Shown: positions 53,161 through 64,000 of the stretch, one piece after another | Layout: every line of letters starts with the position of its first letter | Position numbering within the stretch: position 1 is the first letter of the stretch | NCBI RefSeq assembly: GCF_009834535.1 | Contig: NC_045707.1 | Span: 48,734,001 to 48,798,000 of the forward strand | Length of the DNA: 64,000 nt | From: Camelus ferus | Lineage: Eukaryota | Direction of reading: 5' to 3' | Position numbers and translations under genes: made by a program | The notes under the pieces: generated by a model | Database searches by the model: none | Told to the model about the DNA's origin: nothing | What the model saw: the letters and a program-made list of their open reading frames with translations, nothing else

Positions 53161-53859
53161 TCCTTTACGTTATTTCCCTGAGACCTGGGTTATAGTCGGC
53201 AGTCTATAAATATTTGTTAATTGAATTAAGAAGGAATAGATGCAAATGTGAGTAGAGAAAGTCTTTTAAAATCACTAGAGGGGAAAGAAGTGCAGTGGTA
53301 ATGAACCCATTTAATTTTAAACAAGGAGTATGAGTTTTGCTTTTCAAGGAGTAATTAGTGTGCCTATTTTTCAACTAATCATTATCAATATTCTTAGCTT
53401 TTTGTTGTCAAAGAGAACGTAATATGATTTCTATTCCCTTTATGTTACTGAAATGAATAGTTTTTCCTTCTTGTCAAGAAATCAATGACTCCTTAAATGG
53501 AAGTGAACTTGTTGAAAAAGGTGAATTTTCAAATGCTACTGGCACACACCTGTTCCATGCTGCAGATATGTGTGGGTATTTACAAAGAGTGATGAAGACT
53601 TTACTAAATGTGCTAGTATTGTGTTGTCTTGAACTTATTCCCTGCCTTTACCTTCTAGAATCCAAGGTACTCCCTCAGATTCTTTTGGCAGAATCCACGT
53701 TATAAAACATCTCTATTAACTGTTTGCCCCTGAACACTACAAATTAAGGAAAAGAAGGTAAATAAAAACAGCTAGTTTGAAGTTTTGAATAATTACAAAC
53801 CTCCTGAATAGTTAGTTGTAAGTTTAAGTAAGAAAATAACCTAATAATCTCCTTAGTTC

Positions 53860-54460
53860 TGGCATTTATTCATTTATTTAATCCTCATTCATTCACTCAA
53901 AATATATGGAATGCCCAAGTATTTGTTTCTAATTAGCCTATGTTCTTGGCATAAGCAGTGGACAAGATAGACAAGGTCTCTGCTCTCAAGGAGTTTATCC
54001 ATTTGCGGGGAGGGGAGATAATAAACAAGTAAACAAAACAATCTCAGAAATTTAAGTACTATGAAAAATAAAATAAGGTAAAGGGATGGAAAATTATGAG
54101 AATATATAATTGTTTTATAAATGGTGGTCATGAAAATGGCATTTGAGCACAGACCAAAGTGTCCCAGACAGAGGGAAGAGCAGGTGTCAATGTCCTGAGG
54201 TAGGACCAGTGTGGCATGTTAGTAGTGAGAGTTAAGGAAGTGTTCATGTAAAGCCTTAGCAATTGTGTTGGGGTAGAAGTGGGGTTGTGCAGAAATGAAA
54301 TAGAGAGAGGGGGACAGTGGAAGCAGGAGAATCACAAGAATATGTCACAGTCCAGGTGAGAGACAAGGGTGTGAAAATGGCTGGCAGTGACAGTGATATA
54401 AAGGAGACATGTTGAAGATAGGCTTTGGATGTTATGCTAGTGGTACTTACCAATGGATTA
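53860..54460 (-). mobile_element. L2 3' region
   Basis: cattcattcactcaaaatat…agacaaggtctctgctctcaaggagttta…gtcccagacagagggaagagca. Confidence 0.78.
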
Positions 54461-54549
54461 TCAAAAATCTTCCCAAATTTGGGGTGAATTAATCAATACT
54501 CTGTAGCCATAAGTTTATCATAAGTTTCCAAGGAATAGTTGACTGGTGG

Positions 54550-54701
54550 GGAGTGAGAGAGTAAGGAGGAGGGGAAAAAAAAAAAAGAAGAAGAAGAAGG
54601 CGAAGAATGAGAAGGAAGTGAAGAGAGAAGGAAGTGAAGAAAGAAGGAAGGAAAGACAAAGGAGAAAGGAAGAAAGAAACGAAAAGACAAAGAAAGAAAG
54701 G
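54550..54701. repeat. Purine-rich (GA) low-complexity tract
   Basis: Nearly all A/G for about 150 nt. Confidence 0.9.
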
Positions 54702-56719
54702 TTCCATTTCAACAGCTGGACCAAATTAGAAAACCAAATAAAATTCTCTGGGTTGGATTCTGAAACCAGAAAACTGCAGTTGTGGTAAAACACCGGATTA
54801 TTTTCAGCAATCAAAATGAGGGCAAATCACATCTGCAGCACTGGGTTTGTAAACGTTGGTGAGTTAGACAGATACCTTAGGGAACAGTCCTCAGGAATTC
54901 TAAAGTATCATTACTGATGAAATGGAAAATTAGAGTTAATGAAGTTTAAACACAGTCACCTAAAAGATTCCTTTCTGCAAACTGAGCCAGGATTTGTTTG
55001 AGGTTTGCCTGTGTTTACACTAAGGCATAATGTCTGAAAAGCCTTCTTTGGTCATCAGACTGTACATCTATTGAAAACCGTATTTTTTTTTTGAGGTGAG
55101 GCAATGCTTTCTGAGTACCCAGAGTCCTTTATTCAAAATAAATAAAACCATAAATCAAGGGAAGGTGCCCTTGACAAGATGTATCATAATATTTACCACA
55201 TTAGTTGAAAATGTGAAGAAATTTGTAGCATATATAACTTTTTTTTAAATTTTATTTTCTCAAATTTGAAATAGAAAGTATAATTTCATTTTTAAAAACT
55301 ACGATAATTGTCAAAGTGTAAAAATTACATGAAAATTTTCAAGGTTTTATCCAAAATGCCCATATAAGTTTGATAGGCAAACTCTTCACTTTATTTCTGG
55401 CTAGGATAAGAATACATAAATAAGATCAAGAATTAGGTCAGACTTACAAAAAGAATCCATAAAATAATGAATTGCATATCTGCGTTTAGGAATTACTCAT
55501 TATTAGGAATTGCTTCTTAGTGAGATGATTATTTTGATATTAAGCTGTGCAAAGTTATGACACTAGAGCTAAAAGAAAACTTCAGTTCAAGGTGATTATT
55601 TGTCAATGATTTGACTTTAATGCTTCATTGTTAGGTGTGTATGCTCACGCAAAGGCATAGTTTTATTACTGCAAATAGAGACCGTGAACTTTTATACTGC
55701 ACTTTTACTAACTTACTTGAATAGAAGTATTTCCATTTTATTATATAATATGGGTATAATTTTAGTAACGTATTATATTTCATTATGTGAGTTTACTGTA
55801 TAATCACTTATACGTGCTTTTTCTCCTCTAATTGAGAATTTCTTCCAATTTTCTATTACTATTTAATAATATATTCTATAATGTTGAAAAATTTATATAG
55901 TGTTTAGAAAAACTTACTGTCCTCATTATAAATCACTTACTATTTTGATATCTAAATATGGGGATTATTAGATCAAACGGTTTGAACATTTCATTACATT
56001 TTGCTAATGAAAAAAATTTTTCTGAAATTAGTGTTATTTCATAGGTCTAAAATGGTAACTTATTTTCTCAGCTTACAGTTATTTAGGTTGTTGTTTTTTA
56101 CCTAGTTATACTTTATTAACTTCATTATAATGATAAAGATTGTAAAGTCAAAGAAGTTAAAATACTGCCTGTGGGCGGAGGGCGGGGGGACAGCAAATTA
56201 GTGAAAGAAGTAATCCAACCATCTGCCCTCATCTCCTGTATTACGTATCATTCACACGCGACCTCAGCGTTAATAGCACGCTGTAGATTGTAATGAGAGA
56301 CTATTCGTCAGATTCATAGTATGGATATTTTTGAAACACAAATTGGTTGAGAAGCAGACGTTTAAGGAGTCTCTTGAGGCAAAAAGGACCAAACTGAAAT
56401 GCTTTCATGACAGCCTGGGAAGTGTGGGGAGTTCGGATGTCTCCCAGCCTTTTGGAAGACCTCACATAATCCCGGGACTACCTCCGTTATGGTTTAATTC
56501 TTAAAACATATTCAACAGACTTCTAATTGAATTCAGAATCTTTTGGTATATGTAATATTTTTAGTTATGGGTAGGTTAAACCATAATTTTCATGTATTTG
56601 TTCATTCACTTAACAAATATTTGAATTTCTACCCTGTGTGGAACATTGTGATCGACGCCAGAGGTGTCACAGAGAAAACATCATAAAAAGCAAGTCTGAT
56701 CTCATTCTCTTGAGGAGTA

Positions 56720-56770
56720 AACACACACACACACACACACACACACGCACGCACACACGCAGGCACGCAT
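56720..56770. repeat. (CA)n/(CACG)n microsatellite
   Basis: Seen directly. Confidence 0.9.
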
Positions 56771-58641
56771 AAGCAGAAAAATAAAAGGCAAACTGTAATA
56801 GGTGTTATGACACAAACAGAAGAGGAACTGAGACTGACAGATGACCTGTTGAGAGCAAAGTCCCAGGGCTCATGTGTACCAAGTGTGGTGGAAGAATCTG
56901 AGTTGAGTTGAGGTTGATGGAGAGAGTTGATGAGAGAATGAGTATCCAAACGGATACAAAGGACAAGAGAGACAATACCTCCTATTTCAATGATGGTGGA
57001 GCTGAGAAGTCATGGAATTTGGAGGCAGAAGTCTTGTTTCTGAGGCTTGATTTCCCTCATCTTTAACACAGACTTAATCATTTGTATTTCACAAGATTTT
57101 AATAAGGCTCAGTTTAAATAAGATACATGAAAGGTCTCTCTATATTGTAAATCACTAAAACATTAGTCATCTTCATTGCCTTTGTCAAGAATGTAAACTG
57201 GTGAATGTCTCTGGCTATCACTACCATGAAAGACTCTTTTAAGAAAAAAGGCATTAAATGCTTATGGAGCTTAGCACAGATAACGTTTAGAGAGACCTGA
57301 TTAGACCTGGTGTTTTAGAGTCACCATCTTCTAATACATAATAATGTCCTGGACATATTTCACCACTTCGATCAGAAAGATTCGAATATTGGTGGAAGAG
57401 GGAGACCTTGGAATTTCGTTTAGGAAGAAGGTGACACTTGGAATTGAGGAAGGGAGGCACAGGGCACAAATTAAACCATACGTGAGTTATATTTGAGAAA
57501 TATTTACTTTGCCTCTTTTTTTTCTTTTCTAAGAAATGTCCCCCTAATATATACTATAACAGTATTCTTTAGGCCATAGTGGACTTAAGCAATAATCATA
57601 TATAAAAGCTAATAAAATTGAAGTAGTGACTCTAAAAGTAATGGTATACCCCTTTCTTTTGTTTACTTTCTTATTCTGTTTAGTCTTCATCTGTGTGGAA
57701 AACATATGGACTAAATATGTACATATATACACAGACACATACGTTTATGTTTTATACATATATTTATATTACATGTAAATCACTTAATTATAAAATATTT
57801 AAATATGTGTATATATTTAGATTATATATAAAACAATAGCAGGTGATGCATTTATCACAGAGGGATCGCAGGAGCAGTAAAGGGAAATATAATTGGAAAG
57901 TAGGCAGGAAAAGTGGGGGAAGGGAAGGAGTCAGTATTAAGAAGGATCCTGATAATGTTCATGGACAAAATGACGTTAGAAATTTGGGAAAGTATTTTCA
58001 GTGGCTGTGATCCAATATCCAGTACAACTACCTGTTTTTCTCTTTAGTTACTCTTCTTTTTCCTTTTTTCCATAGTGGCAAAATGAGATATGATTCACTT
58101 GAGAATTCCACTCTGAGTCATGGTCATGGTGATCACAGAAATAAATGCGGACTCGCTAGCACTTAGGCCCTCCCTCTTCTGGTTGACCAGTCTAGGGCAC
58201 AACATCATTTCTGGGAAGAACAACCCACATGCCCACAAGCAGATGTCTCGGTGTACTTTTTAAGTTACTCCCAAGGCTATTCCCAGAAAGGATGTTAACC
58301 AGACCTGGAATAAATTCATTATAATTTTATTTTCCCTGGCTTCCAAGGGAATATTAAACACAATTTGGTGGTGGATAACAGCTGAATTACGCTACTAAAG
58401 ATCATATCTCAACTCACCTTCCTAACTGGATAAGAAAAGCTAAAAAATAGAAAGTCAAATATTCTAATGTTAAGAGTATAAATTAGGAGATAATTTGTGA
58501 GGTGGCCATACTTAATTTTTGAAAAATTGCTGTCAAACATATTGAAAATTGTAGACCTAAAAAGTAGAGTTTCTTCTAATCATACATCTTTGAAGAGTTT
58601 GTCTAAATGAACCTAGAGTTCCATAAAATGTTTTCAGATAC

Positions 58642-59121
58642 TGTTGTAGACAAGATAGTGGCTTCTCAAAGATGTCCACATTTTCATTCCCAGAAGTTGT
58701 GAATATGTTACACGACAATGCAATAAGGAGTTAAGGTAGCTGACAGAATTAAGATGCTACTCAGTTGACCTTAAAATAGATGATTACCCTGAATTATCTG
58801 GCTGGGCCTCGTGGAATCACAGGGTCCTTCAAAGCAGTCAGAAAAATTAATGTCAGAGTGATGTGATGTGAGAAAGACGCAACTGACCACTGTTGACTTT
58901 GAAGATTGTGGACTTAAGAGACAAAAAATGTGGACATCTCTAGAAGTTGGAAGAGTCAAGGAAATGAATTCTCTTTAGAGCTCCCCCCAACCCCCTGCCC
59001 CCCGCAAAGGAATGTAGTTCTGCTGACACCTGGATTTTTAACCTAGTGAAACTCATTTTGGGTTTCTGAGCTTTAGAACTGAAAGATAATAAATTTACAG
59101 CAGTAATAGGAAAACTGATAC
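58642..59121 (+). mobile_element. Solo MaLR LTR (MLT1D-like)
   Basis: caaagatgtccaca…tgtgaatatgttac…ctagaagttggaagagtcaaggaaatgaattctc…tgctgacacc…ataataaattt…acagcagtaataggaaaactgatac. Confidence 0.85.
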
Positions 59122-60284
59122 TGGAACTCATCTGGGTCCCTTCTTCCCCTCCCCTCATTCTACGCCAGGCACTCTGGCCTTGGTTCTGTTACTGCAGTTA
59201 CTGCACAGTCAACCACTCAAGCAGGGCTTTGTTTGGGAGTCATAGCCAAATATAAAATTGCTCAAAGCCCGCCGGAGATGGTGTGAGATGAATCATCATG
59301 GAGGATTGATGGTACATGGTCGACACCAGGGACAAGAGGCCACAAATTCAGGAGCCACAAACTCCAGTTGCAGGAGTTAATCAATGAAGGTAGCAGAACA
59401 AAAGAATCATCATACAGATCCTGGTAGCCACTCCTTCCCTACCTTGGCCCCTGGAACCAGGAAGGTATATTAAACTCCACACTTAGATTCCATCCTATGG
59501 AAGATAATATTGAGGGAGTTAAACTCTGGAAGGCTAAATGGACAATCTAAATTGAAAGAGATCATTTAAATTCATAGAGGCTAACAAATTGCCAATTACT
59601 CAGTTCCGATTTCCTATGCTCCACAGTCAGTGGAAGGGAAATTAAACAAAAAAAAAATTTTTTTTAATCCCAATTTTCTTTGTCCATCTGAATGTAGTGC
59701 ATTGGTTTTCAACCAACATAAAATTAACAAACACTCTGGGACTAATGAGCTTCTAGACTTGACTGAGCCCATGTCTGGACCAATGAGAATATTCCTGAAG
59801 ACCTTGAGTCTTTTAACATCTTCTTTCCACAAATTTGCATTATTTATGGACTGAATAGTTAAGACATGAGGAAAGCTATGATGAACTCACTTATCTCTGC
59901 TTCCCCTGTGGGGTCTTTCTGATGACCTAATCCTGAATTTTCGCCATTGGATTCACATGTTTTTCATTTGGGGAAAAAAAAGAGTCAGAGACATTCTCTC
60001 CACTTGACAACTGAAAAAGCACAAGAATTATGAAAGGGCTCTTTAATTAGTGCAGCGCACCATAAGAAACCAGGCATTTGGAATATGACGTCCTGAAAAG
60101 ATCATTTCAATAGTACAAAGTAGGAGATTCTCCATGCCTGATACTAGCCTAAAGCCTCCAAAGTTAAGGCGACGGTATCTTCCACTATACAGAGAAGTTA
60201 ACAGAGAAATGAACAGAATCCAAACTTAGGATCTTCTACTACATAGAGAAGCACAACTAGAGGAATGAATAGAACATAACTTAC

Positions 60285-60445
60285 TTTCATCTGATTATCG
60301 TAATCATTTTCAGTGCTTGTTAAAAATGTGAATTCCACAGTCACACACATTCAGCCAAGATCTCTCAGGGAAATCTCTTGAGAATCTGCATTTTTTAAAT
60401 TTCCTTGAATGATTTCAACCAACAACCAACTTTAGAAATCATTAA
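60285..60445. mobile_element. MER5-like hAT-Charlie MITE
   Basis: gcttgttaaaaatg…gagaatctgcatttttt…tttagaaatcatt. Confidence 0.55.
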
Positions 60446-61394
60446 CTTATTTCAAAATTTGAGTTATGGCCAATTCTAACTAGAGAAACCAAGAATTTTT
60501 TTTTTAATAGGGAAATATCTAAATCAACAAATCATTGCCAAGATTACTATAATGGATCTGCCCCGTTTTCTTCTTGGAAACTCTTTTAGAAGGACTTTTG
60601 TTGATGTGGTAATTCCATTGTTGTGCGCAAAGGGAGAAACTGGACTGGGTGTGGGTTAAAATATAATAGATTTGGATGGGTATCCAAAAACATATATTGT
60701 GCAGAAGGGAAGCTTAGAACTCAAGAGTTTTCAATTTTTTAAATAATTATCATTAAAAACCTTTGTGATTCATGAATAAGTCAACTACAACTTTTATTTT
60801 TAAACTCCAGAGCTATTTTCTAAAATTCCTTTCTGAAATTTAGGGGAACGCATATAACCCTGGGAAATATGTATCATCTGAGAGTGTATTAAGTACTTAA
60901 TCTTAATTTCCTTGCACATGTAATAGAAGAAAGATATTTGGGATGAAGGGTAGATACTAAACTTCAGGACCAAAACTTTCAACACTAAAATAATGAGTGC
61001 TTATACACATTTGCTGTTAGAAGTCAATTTGTTTTTAGTGGAACCTGTTTTATAATGAGTCAATATTATGTCATTTTCAAAACATGCCACATCGGCACCA
61101 AAAAAACACTTCAGGATTATTTAAATTTTCAAAAACTTTACAGTTTTATTATATGCCTACTGCACTCCTAAGAAAGTGTTCATTTGTAAATAGGTTAAGA
61201 CCAAAATATTTTTAATCCTTTATGTTATTTGTGCACAGTTAAACGATTGATTAATTTAGCTCCTTGGAAAACACGGTGTTCTGATCCATCACAGAGTTAA
61301 CAGAAAAAAATAGAATTTAACTTTTAGAGCATACATAGACCTTCTATTCGTGAATCCAGTTGTGGGCAGGCAACTGATTTCTAAACGTACCAAC

Positions 61395-61735
61395 TCCTCC
61401 ATGCCTGGTACCTTTTGAAATCTTTCCCTCTGCCTGAAATCGTGTGAACTACGCTCCTGTTGGCTGACCCCAGCTCATCCTGCACTCTCAAGCTCGTCTT
61501 GATTTTAACTTCTTAACGTAAAAAAATCCTCTTCAATCAATGAAGCCTGGTTCTGGAGCTGGCTCTAGCTTGCTCTTCCTTCTGTAGATGAAGTTGTCAC
61601 ACAGCATCATAACCGCACGTTTCTCTGCATCTCCTCCACCTAGACTTTGTTCTCCTTGAGGACAGGGGCTACTCTCTAGTGCAGTATGGTGCCTAAGTCT
61701 TTATAGACATTTATATGTGGACTGATGAATGAATA
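61395..61735 (+). mobile_element. L2 3' end
   Basis: ttccctctgcctgaaat…ctagact…ctccttgaggacagggg…gatgaatgaata. Confidence 0.65.
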
Positions 61736-62749
61736 ATCTGGTTTTCCTTCAAGGGGCAAATTAAAATTGTTATAATTGTCTTACACTTCTTTTATAGGTT
61801 TCTATTGATTTTAATTTGAATTGCTAGTTGAGGAGTAACTCCATGAGATTTCTTTCAGTGTTCACAATCTTAAAAGTCTTAATTAGGTCCCAGCTACATA
61901 AGTCAGAAGGAAATATTTTTATGCAGTTAACGCTTTCACTGATTATATTGAAATTATATGTACCAAGTCCTATTCCTCTCCATTGCCACCACCTCTGAAG
62001 TTCAAACCACCGTCTTCAATACTCGCCCAGACTAAGGCCCTTGTGTGCCATTTGGCCTTTCTGCTTCCTCTTGACCTTCTATTACCTACAATCACTACCA
62101 TCCCAAAGCCTTGAATGAAAAATCCTAAATGCATATTATGGACTGTGATGCCCCACATGGACTGGTCATCATTACACGTCCAATGACAATTTGCATGCCG
62201 CTTACCCACCAAGCTTTTACCATCTGCCCCTCATTCAAAAATTCTGAAACCTCTGCACTGAACACTCTTTGCTCCATTTCTTCACTTTTTCCTTCCCAGC
62301 TGGGATATTTGTTTATCTAAGAAGGAGTCTTTTTCTGCCTTCCAATGCTTGTATTCTCTTTCACTGCATCTTATTGGCTGTTGTATTTTTATTTGTTTTT
62401 GCATATTGTTTAATGTAAACACTTGTGTGAATATTAAGCTTTTATGAATAGTAAGCCTAGTTTTATATGTTTAACTTACAAAAATAAATCACTATATGCT
62501 TGCATATGTTCTCAGTAATGTACTAACTCATTTAATACTCTTACCATTCCCCGTGATGGAGACAATTCATTCTGTTTTACAAAAGCTGAAAATGAGGTTT
62601 CAAGAGTTTATATACATAGAGTTAGTTGCAGAGAAGATACCAGAGAGACAGAAGCAAAGACTCCCATCTCAGGGAATCTGTTGCTCCTATACACTGAAAC
62701 ACCCCTCAAGTCACTCTCTTTCCTACATACTGAAAGTAGTGGATAGATA

Positions 62750-62935
62750 ACAGTAATAGTAACTAATATTTATTGAGTGTTTACTGTCTGCAAGAAACTT
62801 TTCTAAAAGTTTCACATACGTAATTCATTTAAGGTCACAAGTAAAGTTTTGTGAGCTAGGCACCATAACCTTTCCCATTTTAAAGATTAGCAAACTGAAT
62901 TGCTCACGATCACACAGCAGATATGTTACAGAGCA
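62750..62935 (-). mobile_element. MIR SINE
   Basis: ctaatatttattgagtgtttact…ttcccattttaaagattagcaaactga…atcacacagc. Confidence 0.7.
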
Positions 62936-64000
62936 CTCTTAACTGCTAGAATGTTCTGAGTAAACACACACACACAGACTACTGCGGGGGTAGAAGGCAG
63001 AACGCCTTATGTTATCACTTTCCTATGTTTAGTTGTTATAATCTTGATGTACTTTCTTACTTTTGTCTTTGAAATGACTATTACACTTCTTCGTTATTTC
63101 TCTCCACTTAAATCTGGTCATATGTGTATAATCATGATAGATATAATGGTAGACACATTCAAACCATAGCATCTGGCAGACATGCTTCACATACAGTGGC
63201 TTGTGTCTGTCTTGTAAACTTTAGAGGACATGTCAGAGAAACTTCTAGGTTTGAACTTAAAAGAAAAAACTATAGTGTCATGAGCATGTTTCTTGTGCTT
63301 TACCTACTTTCATAAAAAATAAAGGGAAATTTAATTCTTACTGATCCTGTACAACAAAATTGAAATCCATATTACCACCATACATCATAGAATTGCATCT
63401 TCTATGTTTGGTTGGTTCAGTAATAAAGACAAGATAATCTGGAGAAAACTAGACCTGAAGAAAAGATTAAAAATAAATTCTTTTGAATTCCCTAATAGTT
63501 AGAGTGGGATCATATTCCACCATGATCCTGTCATGACTCAGAGTTCTCAAAGTTATTTAATTTATTTTTCTAGATTCAATCAGATATTCACACTCACAAA
63601 AGACCACTTCGATAAATGCTAAGAAAACCTACCCTTGGATGTCAAAACACAGTATTTTAAAGATGTCAGCTTCTCCTAAGCTCAATTATAAAATCACTGT
63701 GATCACATTCAAATACAATCGTATTTTTTTTGCTATAACAAAATATAAATGAAAATCCATCTGAAAAATAGATAAGTTGGGAACCCCAAGGGATATTCTA
63801 AAAAAATGTTTTGTTCACTCAACAAGTATAGATGGAGGACCTGTGTCAAGCCTAATTTCCTCATTCTCATGGGGATAAAAAAGTTATAAAATACACTGCT
63901 AAAACGTAAACAAACAACCTAGAATTAATTTCAGAGAGTGGTAAATGGCAGGGAACAATGACAATGTTAAAGTAACAGAGAGTAAGTGAAAGAAGGTCGC

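Noticed and set aside
54489..54814. Stacked ORFs rich in F/L/S or K/E/R
   Set aside because: Translations of the low-complexity purine tract.
41300..64000. Expected neighbouring lumican (LUM) gene
   Set aside because: No LUM coding exon recognised; it presumably lies beyond the window.

Overview
AT-rich, CpG-poor mammalian genomic DNA holding the complete decorin gene (DCN, class I small leucine-rich proteoglycan) on the + strand. It has two alternative non-coding first exons (Ia ending 8946, Ib ending 12044). Seven coding exons with GT-AG boundaries (12855-40717) splice to a 1083-nt ORF of 360 aa. About 23 kb of downstream intergenic DNA follows, with no further gene recognised. The rest is old interspersed repeats (MIR, L2, L1M, MaLR MLT1 LTRs, MER/Tigger DNA-transposon relics) and microsatellites. 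I saw no Alu, B1/B2, BovB/Bov-tA, PRE-1 or Can-SINE. That absence, plus a pig-like decorin N-terminus, suggests a non-ruminant laurasiatherian such as a camelid (inference). I found no new multi-gene system. The main oddities are: a 165-bp near-identical non-tandem duplication in intron 6, two further local non-tandem copies, an alternative first exon lying in an antisense L2, a Met-Arg-stop uORF just before the start codon, and a CpG-rich nested stem-loop patch downstream of the gene. Repeat names and boundaries, and all cross-species comparisons, come from recalled consensus sequences and are approximate.
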